64,000 nt of DNA from an uncultured Christensenellaceae bacterium (GCA_944381365.1 CALWKW010000008.1:2914-66913); one strand, 5' to 3'; shown: positions 9,796-18,224, counted from the first letter of the stretch. A program made the numbers and translations. Notes: generated by a model not told the origin, from the sequence alone.

Positions 9796-10239
9796 TTATT
9801 CGGGTTTTATTTCTACTTTTATCATTGTGTTAACATTGCTGTGTACTTTTATTTCCACATCGAATATACCTGCCGACTTGATAGAATCTTTGAGATTGAT
9901 TTTTTTCTTGTCGATTTCATATCCGAGTTTTGCAAGCTCCTGACTGATCTCCTTTGATGTTACAGCTCCAAAAGGCTTGCCGTTTTCTCCAAATCTTATT
10001 GCAATGGCGATAGTTTTTCCCTTGAGTTCTTTGCCGAGAGCTACCGCCTCTTCATATTCTTTTTGTCTTTGTCTTTCCAAAGCAGCATTTCTTTGATTGG
10101 TCTCATTTATGACAGTGGCCGTAGCTTGTTGTGCCATACCTTTCTTTATAAGAAAATTGCGGGCATATCCGTCATTCACTTCTACGATTTCGCCTTTTTT
10201 TCCTACTGCTTTTACATCCTTGGTCAATAATACTTTCAT
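9796..10239 (-). CDS. rplI: 50S ribosomal protein L9
   Basis: [36 protein letters not shown] is a canonical L9 N-terminus. SD is GAGAGGTGAG. Confidence 0.9.
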   Translation of the reverse strand: MKVLLTKDVKAVGKKGEIVEVNDGYARNFLIKKGMAQQATATVINETNQRNAALERQRQKEYEEAVALGKELKGKTIAIAIRFGENGKPFGAVTSKEISQELAKLGYEIDKKKINLKDSIKSAGIFDVEIKVHSNVNTMIKVEIKPE

Positions 10240-10262
10240 ATCTCACCTCTCTTATTTTCTCT

Positions 10263-10291
10263 ATTTTAGCACAATTATTTTCCTTATGCAA
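10263..10291 (-). promoter_or_regulatory. Candidate promoter of rplI: TTGCAT-17-(TGc)TAAAAT
   Basis: Minus strand reads TTGCAT (10291-10286), a 17-nt spacer ending in TGc, then TAAAAT (10268-10263). Confidence 0.4.
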
Positions 10292-10360
10292 TATAAATAT
10301 TCTATTTGCATAATAAAAGCCGATTTGACAATACTATTATTAAAAACAAAGGAGGTTTTT

Positions 10361-10675
10361 ATGTCAGGAATCAAATGTACTACTCATAATTGCGAATTTT
10401 GCAGCAACTGTCATTGTATGGCAGGCATAATATCCATTGACAAAAACGGTGTATGCAAGACAAAACGCAAGCGTGAATATGGTGTTTTGGCACAGGAAAA
10501 AGCCAACATAGAGGCAGCAAAAGATTTTGACTTCGACAGCGGAGAAAATACCTTTATCGAATGCGACAGTACAAATTGTCAATACAATCATCACAATAGC
10601 TGTTGCAGCCAGATTGTCAATATATGCGATGGCATGATGCGAACAAAATGTTTTACAAAAAATGTCGTAGACTGA
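10361..10675 (+). CDS. DUF1540 domain protein (two Cys/His-rich repeats)
   Basis: The ATG at 10361 is preceded by AAGGAGG. Translation MSGIKCTTHNCEFCSNCHCMAG..IECDSTNCQYNHHNSCCS shows two DUF1540-like repeats. The longer track ORF from 10097 overlaps rplI and is not credible. Confidence 0.7.
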   Translation: MSGIKCTTHNCEFCSNCHCMAGIISIDKNGVCKTKRKREYGVLAQEKANIEAAKDFDFDSGENTFIECDSTNCQYNHHNSCCSQIVNICDGMMRTKCFTKNVVD

Positions 10676-10704
10676 TAAAAAGATAGTAAACTGATATCAA
10701 AAAT

Positions 10705-10735
10705 AAAAGTCCTTTTGGGGCTTTTATTTTTTTTG
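10705..10735 (+). terminator. Probable rho-independent terminator after the DUF1540 gene
   Basis: aaaagtcc-tttt-ggggctttt stem (one G:U pair) followed by a long T-run. Confidence 0.5.
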
Positions 10736-10771
10736 TTTTTTAATACTTAAATTATCTAAGCACTTATACTT

Positions 10772-10798
10772 AAAAAAAGCAGACCTAAGTCTGCTTTT
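10772..10798 (-). terminator. Rho-independent terminator of the M23 peptidase gene
   Basis: Minus strand reads gcagac-ttag-gtctgc followed by ttttttt. Confidence 0.75.
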
Positions 10799-10813
10799 CA
10801 TTGAATTTATTTT

Positions 10814-11527
10814 TTATTTATCTCCGCCCAGCATATAATCCTGAGGATTTATCTTTTCGCCGTCTTTATACAACTCGAGATGCAAGTGTGCTCCGCTTGC
10901 GATTTCTGCCAAAGCCGTGCCCGAAACCTTGCCGATTACCTGACCTTTTGTCACCTTGTCGCCCTTCTTAAGACTTACTTTGTCAAGAAGCTTATATACG
11001 CTCTCGAATCCGTCCTTGTGCTCGATTACCACTGTTGTGCCATAATAGCTGTCTGTCTCCACACTCTTTACAGTGCCTTCGAAGACGCTCATTACATCAG
11101 TACCAGCTGCCGCCATAAAGTCCATACCTTCATGTGTAGCCCAATGACCGTGAGTCGGGTCAAATACCAACTCTGTATCGCTGAAACCTTGACCGAGTGT
11201 ATATTCCTTGATAGGGTCAGCCACTACGAATTCTTCAGGTTGTTCTGTGATGTCGCCGCCTGTGTTGTCATCCTTGTCGTCATCATCATTGTCATCGCCC
11301 GAGTTGATATCGCCTGAATTGATGTCACCGGAAGGATTAGGGTTGAATGTAGGTTCGTCATTGTTGTTGACTACTACCGCTACCGTAATCATGGTAGCAA
11401 TTGCGAGAATACATACAACCATAAGGATAATGTATATGTTCTTCTTAAAAAACTGCGCTACTCTTTCGCCTGCCTGAGAAGGAGTACCCCCTCTTTTTTC
11501 CTTTGAACCTTTTGTTTTGTTTGCCAT
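10814..11527 (-). CDS. Membrane-anchored LytM/M23 family metallopeptidase with acidic SGDIN repeat linker
   Basis: HEGMDF (HxxxD) and GAHLHLE (HxH) zinc ligands are intact. One N-terminal TM segment (IYIILMVVCILAIATMITVAVVV). I place the start at the ATG of MANKTKG (11527), behind GGAGG; the track start is an upstream TTG. Confidence 0.8.
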   Translation of the reverse strand: MANKTKGSKEKRGGTPSQAGERVAQFFKKNIYIILMVVCILAIATMITVAVVVNNNDEPTFNPNPSGDINSGDINSGDDNDDDDKDDNTGGDITEQPEEFVVADPIKEYTLGQGFSDTELVFDPTHGHWATHEGMDFMAAAGTDVMSVFEGTVKSVETDSYYGTTVVIEHKDGFESVYKLLDKVSLKKGDKVTKGQVIGKVSGTALAEIASGAHLHLELYKDGEKINPQDYMLGGDK

Positions 11528-11540
11528 TTTAACCTCCAAA

Positions 11541-12002
11541 TTAATAACTTCCCATAATGAGAGGAAAGCCGACTATAATGTTATCTTTGTTGCTCACAAT
11601 CTGAACATTGATTTCCTTGTTTTGAATATCCACGCTTTTGTCAAGTCCTCTTATAAAGCCATAATAGCTTATACCATCTTCGAGTTGTTGCTCAAAACAT
11701 ACTTTTGCGTTGAGCTTGTCGATAATGTCTTTTGCACTTTGGCTGTCTTTCGGATATACATAAGCGACACCGAGAGTATTGTCAAGACTTTTGTCTTTTA
11801 TACCTACAATTTGCTCAGAATAGTGATAAATATTGAAGTTTGACATTTCGTCTATGTACTCTAAGCTGTCGATGTCAGGTCTATGAGAAGCATATATTTG
11901 CATTTCGCTTGCCCCTTGCGGAATTTTGATTTGGCTGTTCAGACCAATCAACAACAGCGATACAAACATAATGCCTAATATGTAAATTGCTATGGGTTTC
12001 AT
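11541..12002 (-). CDS. Secreted hypothetical protein, possibly YwmB/DUF1779-like (C-terminal half)
   Basis: Signal peptide or anchor MKPIAIYILGIMFVSLLLIGL. The C-terminal ..NVQIVSNKDNIIVGFPLIMGSY resembles the YwmB ending ..NLQIA..GTPIVTTEY. SD is AGAGGTGA. The stop lies 13 nt before the M23 gene start. Confidence 0.55.
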   Translation of the reverse strand: MKPIAIYILGIMFVSLLLIGLNSQIKIPQGASEMQIYASHRPDIDSLEYIDEMSNFNIYHYSEQIVGIKDKSLDNTLGVAYVYPKDSQSAKDIIDKLNAKVCFEQQLEDGISYYGFIRGLDKSVDIQNKEINVQIVSNKDNIIVGFPLIMGSY

Positions 12003-12173
12003 ATTTCACCTCTTTGATTTGATATTTTGATTTTGGACACATAAAATGTTTTTATACAGGAGCAAAAAAAATCGACATAAAAAATCATATTTAGCTTTTT
12101 AGTCAAAATAAAAAAATAATATAAAAAACTTTTCAAAACAAAATCAAATTCTATAAGAACTTATAAAAACTTA

Positions 12174-12203
12174 TAAAAAAAGAGAGTCGATTTGCGACTC
12201 TCT
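12174..12203 (-). terminator. Rho-independent terminator
   Basis: Minus strand reads agagagtcg-caaat-cgactctct followed by ttttttt. Confidence 0.8.
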
Positions 12204-12224
12204 AATTATTTTTTACATATATTA

Positions 12225-12764
12225 TCAAATATAATCTTGAATATCCAATTCCCCGCTTTCTATCATTTCGCATTCTTTAAGATGTTTTTGGACAATCTCA
12301 TTATATTTATCCATTACATCTTTTACAAATGCTTTATCAAAATCAAAGTCTATCGTCTTGAACATTATCGAATTTTTGTTTTTGCCGTCTTTATCCTCCA
12401 AAGTCATTTTAAGTCTGTCAAAAGTCAGCACATCTCCGTTTTTATAATAGATATAGACATGATTTATTTCTGTCATTCTTATTGCATTGATTCTTCTTGT
12501 ATATTTGCTTTCTTTTACTTCCTGCACAAATGCTTTTGTTTCTTCTTCAGTCAATACCTTTTCTACCCTCTCGACTTCTTCAGTCAAAAGCAAGTCGGGC
12601 GGCGACATAACAACTTTTATGTAGTCTATATTATCTGTCGACAAAACATTTTCCAATTTTCTTGGAGCTGAAGCTATACCTACCGCCACAGCAGCTACCA
12701 CTATCACTACAAGCAATGAAATTATAGCTATAAAATTTCTTCTTCTGTTTGAAATAGCCGCCAT
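12225..12764 (-). CDS. Single-pass membrane protein, paralog A of a tandem pair (unknown function)
   Basis: N-terminal TM segment (FIAIISLLVVIVVAAVAVGIA). Shares APRKLE..DNIDYIKV and YIYYKNGDV..DKDGK..MFKTIDFDFDKAFVKD with the neighbouring ORF. SD is AAGGAGG. Confidence 0.65.
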   Translation of the reverse strand: MAAISNRRRNFIAIISLLVVIVVAAVAVGIASAPRKLENVLSTDNIDYIKVVMSPPDLLLTEEVERVEKVLTEEETKAFVQEVKESKYTRRINAIRMTEINHVYIYYKNGDVLTFDRLKMTLEDKDGKNKNSIMFKTIDFDFDKAFVKDVMDKYNEIVQKHLKECEMIESGELDIQDYI

Positions 12765-12796
12765 AAATACCTCCTTATATAAAATTAGTATTAATT

Positions 12797-13255
12797 CTAA
12801 GACGCACTTGCCATGTCTTTGAATGCTTTATAATCAAAATCAAGTTCTATTGTCTTGTACATTGTTATTTTGCCGTCTTTATCTGTTATGCTCATTCTGT
12901 ATTGTTGCAATTCTGCTACATCTCCATTTGTATAGTAGATATAGAAAATTATCGAGCCTTGGGTTTTAATTTCATCATATATAGGCTTGTATGAAGTCTT
13001 TTTCAATGTGTTTAGAAGATATTCTTTTTCTTCTGCATCAAGCTCTTTCACTCCCTCTATCGGGAAAGCCGAATCTTCGTTCTCAAAATATAAATAACTT
13101 ACTTCAATCTTTTCAATATTATCGAGAGGCAAAATTCTTTCAATTTTTTTAGGAGCAAAAGCTATGCAAAGACTTATTATGAGCACAAGCACAATCGCCG
13201 TAACTACTGATATTGATATTATAGCTTTTTTCTTTTTGTTTTCTGCTTGCTCCAT
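12797..13255 (-). CDS. Single-pass membrane protein, paralog B of a tandem pair (unknown function)
   Basis: N-terminal TM segment. Shares APKKIE..DNIEKIEV and YIYYTNGDV..DKDGKITMYKTIELDFDYKAFKD with paralog A. I place the start at the ATG of MEQAENKKKK (13255), behind GGGAG; the track start is a TTG. Confidence 0.65.
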   Translation of the reverse strand: MEQAENKKKKAIISISVVTAIVLVLIISLCIAFAPKKIERILPLDNIEKIEVSYLYFENEDSAFPIEGVKELDAEEKEYLLNTLKKTSYKPIYDEIKTQGSIIFYIYYTNGDVAELQQYRMSITDKDGKITMYKTIELDFDYKAFKDMASAS

Positions 13256-13430
13256 TATACTATCTCCCAAAGTTTCTTTTCTTTATCTTATCATTAAAAC
13301 TATATGTTGTCAATACCAAAAATTATATTTTGTGATTTATTGTATATATCTATAATTTTCGCTTGGTTTATATATGATATGAATTAATTTTTAAAAAACT
13401 ATATTATAAAATGCATATATTTTTAAAAAT

Positions 13431-13459
13431 AAAAAAGTTGTCATTTCTGACAACTTTTC
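13431..13459 (-). terminator. Rho-independent terminator
   Basis: Minus strand reads agttgtca-gaaa-tgacaact followed by tttttt, directly after the stop at 13460. Confidence 0.75.
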
Positions 13460-14602
13460 TTATCCTATTCCCAGACAATCTGCTATACTTACGGGCGAAC
13501 AATCTTCTACGAGCGGAGACAAATTGTATATTGCCTGTATAAGCATATTGCTGTCATATTCCTCTCCCAAGTGATATCCTACATCACTCATATACCTTTT
13601 TGCACTTCTTATGATATTCTCGAGTTTTGACTCGATTTTTGTTATATCGTCAAGCATATCTTTTCTGTATTCTTTGTGAATAAAAAGCCATTTTGGCTCA
13701 AATCTTCTTTTTTCGACATGCTTTATGATTGTACTCATCTCGACATTCGAAAGTTTTGCCAAGTTTCTGCACTTTGACGATACATCAACGGGTATTGTCA
13801 AACTTCCCTCTTCAACACTCAAAATCGCTTTAAAATACTTTATAAGAGCGATTGCCGACAAAAGACTACTATCTCCCTTGTCGTATACAAGGCTTATTTC
13901 CTCAAGAAGCTTTGTCATGACTTTTTGCGATGAACAAAATTCTTGTCTTTCGGTATTGCAAAAATCTACTATTTGTTCAAGCAATTTTTTTCTGTCGCAC
14001 ATATCGCCATTGCCAATCATATCGTATATTTTTTGTTTTTCTATACTCAATAGATTTTCTTGGAATTTTCCGTTCATCTTGTTGATATATTCTTTTTCGA
14101 ATATTTCTACTGCATGTCCCAATATTATTCCTACCAAAGAAGCAAATCCCTCTTTTTTTGACACGCAATTACTATCGATATACAAAGCTTTTGGCATAAT
14201 GAATTGATATTCTTCAAAAGCCTCTGTCTTGCCGATAGCATAACCCACTCCGTATATATCGGGAGTATTTGACACCAAGATATATTCAAATTCTCTTAAA
14301 GTCGTGGCTTTTGACAATAATGTAGCTATCTCTCGTCCCCCAACGCCTATAAAAAATCTAATATTTTCTTGACTTTCGACTATATCCAAAACGCTTTCAT
14401 CGTCAATCACGACATCGTCAGGATATTCGATAAAAGTGGTTTCGTAATCAAAAGTATTGATTTTTTCTGTCACTGATTTTGCATAATCCAAGTCTTTTGT
14501 CGTACAGCATACGGCAATATGTCCGCTTGGCATAAATTCATTACATTCTTTTGCGACTTTTTCGCTGATATTATCAGATATTTCTATTAAAAATTTTTCC
14601 AT
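13460..14602 (-). CDS. Hypothetical protein with distant DHQS / Fe-ADH / glycerol-1-phosphate dehydrogenase-like layout, canonical motifs degenerate
   Basis: 380 aa. FFIGVGGREIATLLSKA sits where the family has the GxGGGxxxD loop. NTPDIYGVGY and KEGFASLVGIILGH sit where AraM-type enzymes have their substrate and metal segments. I cannot find the Asp/His/His metal ligands. Confidence 0.45.
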   Translation of the reverse strand: MEKFLIEISDNISEKVAKECNEFMPSGHIAVCCTTKDLDYAKSVTEKINTFDYETTFIEYPDDVVIDDESVLDIVESQENIRFFIGVGGREIATLLSKATTLREFEYILVSNTPDIYGVGYAIGKTEAFEEYQFIMPKALYIDSNCVSKKEGFASLVGIILGHAVEIFEKEYINKMNGKFQENLLSIEKQKIYDMIGNGDMCDRKKLLEQIVDFCNTERQEFCSSQKVMTKLLEEISLVYDKGDSSLLSAIALIKYFKAILSVEEGSLTIPVDVSSKCRNLAKLSNVEMSTIIKHVEKRRFEPKWLFIHKEYRKDMLDDITKIESKLENIIRSAKRYMSDVGYHLGEEYDSNMLIQAIYNLSPLVEDCSPVSIADCLGIG

Positions 14603-14603
14603 A

Positions 14604-14638
14604 CAAAAAAGATACCACCTTTTTGAGGTAGTATCTTG
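14604..14638 (-). terminator. Probable rho-independent terminator of hisC
   Basis: Minus strand has an agatac(t)acct..aggt(g)gtatct stem with one mismatch, followed by tttttt. Confidence 0.6.
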
Positions 14639-14672
14639 GGAATTATTTTCTAAGTTTGTCTTAAATTGTCGA

Positions 14673-15737
14673 CTATGCCTTGAGGATAAGTTTCAATTTT
14701 TGAACAAGCACTTTCATCTCCTCATTCGAGCCGATAGTGATACGCAAAAAATTGTCGATACGGCTTCCCGTAAAGTGTCTGACAAGCACTCCGTTTTCCT
14801 TGAGTTGGAAATACAATTCGCTTGCAGGTTTATAGCTGTGGCGAACAAAAAGGAAGTTGCTCGAAGAGGGCAAAACCTCAAATCCCAATTCTCTCAATTT
14901 ATCAGCCACATCTTCTCTTGTAGCCACGATTTTGTCCACGCAAGAAGCAAAATATTTTTTATCTTCTAAAGCTTTGATTGCCACACCTTCTGTCAAAGCG
15001 TTTACGGTATAGCTGTTGAAAGAATTTTTTATGGTCTTAAGTCCGTTTATAAGCACTTCATTGCCTATCGCATATCCGCATCTTGCACCTGCCAGACTAT
15101 AAGACTTTGAGAAAGTACGCACAATAAGGATATTAGGATACTTTGACACATAATTCGCCATTGTACAATTGCAAAAATCAGCATAAGCCTCGTCAATGAT
15201 GATTATCTTTTCAGGATTTGCCTCAATGATAGAGATGAGGTCAAGTCTGTTGACAACACCGCCGGTAGGAGCATTCGGATTGCAAATAATCATGCCTTGA
15301 CAATTTGCTTGTTTGAAAGCACTCACATCAAACTTAAAGTCATTCATAAGAGGAATAACCACTGAAGGAATCTCAAACATTTTTGCCCATACCTTATAGA
15401 ATGAGTATGTAATATCGCAATAAGCCACTCCTTCGCCGTCTCTATCGAAGAATGTAGGAAAGCACAATGCCAACACTTCATCGCTGCCATTTCCTACAAA
15501 TACATTTTCTCTTTTAAGTCCATGCTTTTCTGCTATTTTGTCCACGAGATTTTTATTTTCGGGATCAGGATAAAGTTTGAGTCTGTCGCTTTCAAAATTT
15601 TTCAAAAACTCCTCCACTCCTTTGCAAGGCGGATAAGGGTTTTCGTTTGTATTAAGCTTTACATACTTTTTGTCCTGAGGCTGTTCTCCTGCCTGATAAG
15701 GCTGAATGGACCTGCAGTTTTTTGATAAATAATTCAT
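14673..15737 (-). CDS. hisC: Histidinol-phosphate aminotransferase
   Basis: MNYLSKNCRSIQPYQAGEQP..KLNTNENPYPP..RTFSKSYSLAGARCGY (PLP Lys) is a typical HisC. I place the start at the ATG at 15737, behind AGAGGTG; the track start is an upstream TTG. Confidence 0.85.
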   Translation of the reverse strand: MNYLSKNCRSIQPYQAGEQPQDKKYVKLNTNENPYPPCKGVEEFLKNFESDRLKLYPDPENKNLVDKIAEKHGLKRENVFVGNGSDEVLALCFPTFFDRDGEGVAYCDITYSFYKVWAKMFEIPSVVIPLMNDFKFDVSAFKQANCQGMIICNPNAPTGGVVNRLDLISIIEANPEKIIIIDEAYADFCNCTMANYVSKYPNILIVRTFSKSYSLAGARCGYAIGNEVLINGLKTIKNSFNSYTVNALTEGVAIKALEDKKYFASCVDKIVATREDVADKLRELGFEVLPSSSNFLFVRHSYKPASELYFQLKENGVLVRHFTGSRIDNFLRITIGSNEEMKVLVQKLKLILKA

Positions 15738-15946
15738 ATTCACCTCTATTTCAATTTTATCACAACACAAAAAGTGCCGTCAATACTTTAAAGCTTTTAT
15801 ATTATATTCTATCTCAAAAGGCATGATTGCAGTTTTGAAAAATATAAAGCATTTTATTAATTATTGTCAATATTTATCGAGCTTTTACATCGAATTTAAA
15901 AATATAAAATATCTATCAGACAATACAAATACTATGCTATATAATA

Positions 15947-15975
15947 CAAAAAGCACCCCGTAATGGAGTGCTTTT
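15947..15975 (-). terminator. Rho-independent terminator of rplL
   Basis: Minus strand reads gcactcc-attac-ggggtgc (one G:U pair) followed by ttttt. Confidence 0.65.
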
Positions 15976-15999
15976 GTATTTTTTATAGGATTTAAAAAA

Positions 16000-16374
16000 T
16001 TACTTAACTTCAACTTCAGCACCAGCTTCCTTAAGTTTAGCAACGATTTCATCAGCTGCTTCCTTAGCGATGCCTTCTTTGAGGGGCTTGGGAGCTCCGT
16101 CAACCAAATCTTTAGCGTCCTTAAGACCGAGACCTGTCAAGTCCTTAACGAGCTTGATAACTGCCATCTTGTTTGCACCAGCACTCTTCAAGATAACATC
16201 AAATTCTGTCTTTTCCTCAGCTGCGGGAGCTGCTGCACCACCAGCTGCGGGAGCTGCAACTGCCATAGCTGCTGCACTTACGCCAAATTCATTTTCGATA
16301 GCCTTAACCAAATCGTTAAGCTCCAATACTGTCATACCTTTGATTTCTTCGATCATCTTTGCGATATCTGCCAT
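16000..16374 (-). CDS. rplL: 50S ribosomal protein L7/L12
   Basis: [36 protein letters not shown].. with an Ala-rich hinge and a ..[10 protein letters not shown] end. Confidence 0.95.
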   Translation of the reverse strand: MADIAKMIEEIKGMTVLELNDLVKAIENEFGVSAAAMAVAAPAAGGAAAPAAEEKTEFDVILKSAGANKMAVIKLVKDLTGLGLKDAKDLVDGAPKPLKEGIAKEAADEIVAKLKEAGAEVEVK

Positions 16375-16421
16375 TGTTGTATTCCTCCAAATTAATTCTG
16401 ATTTTTGATGTTTGTCGCTGA

Positions 16422-16910
16422 TTATTCAGCCTTTTCTGCAACTTGTTGCAATGCTCTAGCCAAGCCACTGATAGGACTCTGGAGCATACCAAGTAGTTGT
16501 GCGAGAAGTACTTCTTTTGAGGGGATAGATGCAAGTTTTGCCACTACCTTTTCATCAATAAAAGCACCATCCATAAGACCGCATTTTGCTTGCAAAGCCT
16601 TAACTGTCTTACCTTGCTCTGTTACGATTTTTGCTGCTGCGAGTGCGTCACCGTTTGCAAAAGCAAAAGCGGACGAACCTTCCAGATATTTGTCAAAGCC
16701 TTCAATGCCGAGTTCGTTCAAAGCTCTCAAAACAAGTCTGTTTTTGAGTACCTTATACTGTACATTTTCAGCTCTGAATTTTGCACGCAATACTGTGTCG
16801 TCTGCTACGGAAATACCTTGGTAAGAAACTACTACCATTCCCTTGCAGTTGGAAATCATTGACTTGATTTCTTCGACCTGTTGTGCCTTCAAATCTCTTG
16901 CTGCTGACAT
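16422..16910 (-). CDS. rplJ: 50S ribosomal protein L10
   Basis: The translation is typical of L10, and the gene sits between rplA and rplL. Confidence 0.95.
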   Translation of the reverse strand: MSAARDLKAQQVEEIKSMISNCKGMVVVSYQGISVADDTVLRAKFRAENVQYKVLKNRLVLRALNELGIEGFDKYLEGSSAFAFANGDALAAAKIVTEQGKTVKALQAKCGLMDGAFIDEKVVAKLASIPSKEVLLAQLLGMLQSPISGLARALQQVAEKAE

Positions 16911-17041
16911 TCTTTACCTCCTATAAAATTACCCTCTATGCCAAAGACACAGAGGGTACTAAAACTCTAATATTGTTTAGACCTACCTCGGCAAGAAATT
17001 AAGCGATAACTCGCACTTGCTGTCTTTGGCAAGATATTTAC
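16911..17041 (-). promoter_or_regulatory. rplJL 5' leader (L10-leader-like attenuator)
   Basis: The terminator-like hairpin ccctct..agaggg (16932-16956) lies just upstream of the SD. Its loop contains tgtctttggc (minus-strand reading of 16940-16949), exactly complementary to gccaaagaca (minus-strand reading of 17021-17030). These are mutually exclusive pairings. Confidence 0.5.
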
Positions 17042-17047
17042 TATTAA

Positions 17048-17076
17048 ATATTAATTGGTTTTTATAAATTTGTCAA
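17048..17076 (-). promoter_or_regulatory. Candidate internal promoter for rplJL: TTGACA-17-TAATAT
   Basis: Minus strand reads TTGACA (17076-17071), a 17-nt spacer, then TAATAT (17053-17048), right after the rplA stop. Confidence 0.4.
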
Positions 17077-17094
17077 ATGTTTTGACAAGATTTA

Positions 17095-17781
17095 TTACAT
17101 TTTTGCTGCAATCTTGATGCCGGGGCCCATTGTGCTGGATACAGATACACTCTTAATGTATTGTCCCTTAGCAGCAGCAGGTTTAGCCTTAACGATTGCA
17201 TCATAAATTGTATTGTAGTTGTCCATCAACTTTTCAGCACCGAAAGACTTCTTGCCGATAGCCACATGGATAATGTTTGTTTTGTCAAGTCTGTACTCAA
17301 CTTTACCGGCCTTGATTTCGTTTACAGCCTTAGTGACATCCATTGTCACAGTACCTGATTTAGGGTTAGGCATCAAGCCCTTAGGTCCCAAAATCTTACC
17401 GATTCTACCTACAAGACCCATCATTTCGGGAGTTGTCACGCAGACATCGAAGTCAAACCAGTTTTCGTTTTTGATTTTGTTGATGTACTCTTCGCCGCCT
17501 ACATAATCAGCACCCGCAGCAGTAGCTTCATCAGCCTTAACACCCTTTGCGATAACCAAAACTTTCTTGGTCTTACCTGTACCGTGAGGGAGAACTACTA
17601 CGCCTCTAACTTGTTGGTCAGCGTGTCTTGAGTCAACACCGAGCTTTACATGAAGCTCAACAGACTCATCAAACTTTGCGGTAGCTGTATCAACTACCAA
17701 TTTTATAGCGTCTTGAGGGTCGTAAGCCTTGGTCATATCAACCAATTTGGAGGCTTCGATAAATCTTTTACTCTGTTTCAT
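17095..17781 (-). CDS. rplA: 50S ribosomal protein L1
   Basis: [37 protein letters not shown] is a canonical L1. Confidence 0.95.
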   Translation of the reverse strand: MKQSKRFIEASKLVDMTKAYDPQDAIKLVVDTATAKFDESVELHVKLGVDSRHADQQVRGVVVLPHGTGKTKKVLVIAKGVKADEATAAGADYVGGEEYINKIKNENWFDFDVCVTTPEMMGLVGRIGKILGPKGLMPNPKSGTVTMDVTKAVNEIKAGKVEYRLDKTNIIHVAIGKKSFGAEKLMDNYNTIYDAIVKAKPAAAKGQYIKSVSVSSTMGPGIKIAAKM

Positions 17782-17798
17782 ATTCTTATGCCTCCTTA

Positions 17799-18224
17799 TT
17801 ATTCTTCGATGGTAACGCCCATACTACGAGCTGTACCTGCTATCGTATGCATAGCTGCTTCAAGACTACCTGCTGTGATGTCGGGCATCTTGGTCTTTGC
17901 GATTTCTTCGAGTTGTGCCTTTGTGAGTTTTGCAACTTTGTCCTTATTGGGCTTAGCACTACCGCTCTGAAGTCCGCAAGCTTTCTTGATAAGAACTGCA
18001 GCGGGAGGAGTTTTGAGGATAAATGTAAAAGAACGATCCTCAAAAATTGTCATAACGACAGGAAGAATCAAACCTTCTTGACCTTTGGTCTTTTCGTTGA
18101 ATTCTTTTGTGAATCCCGGAATATTGATACCGTGGGGACCGAGTGTGGAACCTACGGGAGGTCCGGGTGTTGCCTTACCGGCAGGTAGTTGCAACTTAAC
18201 TACTGCCTTAATTTTCTTTGCCAT
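17799..18224 (-). CDS. rplK: 50S ribosomal protein L11
   Basis: [25 protein letters not shown] is a canonical L11. Confidence 0.95.
   Translation of the reverse strand: MAKKIKAVVKLQLPAGKATPGPPVGSTLGPHGINIPGFTKEFNEKTKGQEGLILPVVMTIFEDRSFTFILKTPPAAVLIKKACGLQSGSAKPNKDKVAKLTKAQLEEIAKTKMPDITAGSLEAAMHTIAGTARSMGVTIEE

Noticed and set aside
9745-9957. 70-aa plus-strand ORF starting right after the yugP-like gene.
   Set aside because: It begins inside the bidirectional terminator and overlaps the 3' end of rplI. It has no SD and an implausible Phe/Tyr-rich sequence.
10097-10360. N-terminal 88 codons of the track ORF 10097-10675.
   Set aside because: This part overlaps rplI on the opposite strand and its promoter region. 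The real DUF1540 gene starts at the ATG at 10361, directly behind AAGGAGG.
11285-11340. Short tandem nucleotide repeats inside the M23 peptidase gene, encoding SGDIN-SGDIN-SGDDN.
   Set aside because: There are only two to three imperfect 15-nt units, in frame within a CDS. It is a low-complexity acidic linker, not a CRISPR array or a regulatory repeat.
15738-15770. Upstream TTG/ATG-extended N-termini in the ORF track: hisC 15770, M23 11539, paralog B 13270, rpsL 25301, sialidase 55410, sulfatase 63665, trmB 50409.
   Set aside because: In each case a downstream ATG is preceded at 5-9 nt by a clear GGAGG-type SD and gives the canonical family N-terminus. The extensions lack SDs.
16070-16408. 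112-aa Ala/Ser-rich plus-strand ORF.
   Set aside because: It is antisense to rplL; the Ala-rich hinge codons generate an open frame on the opposite strand.
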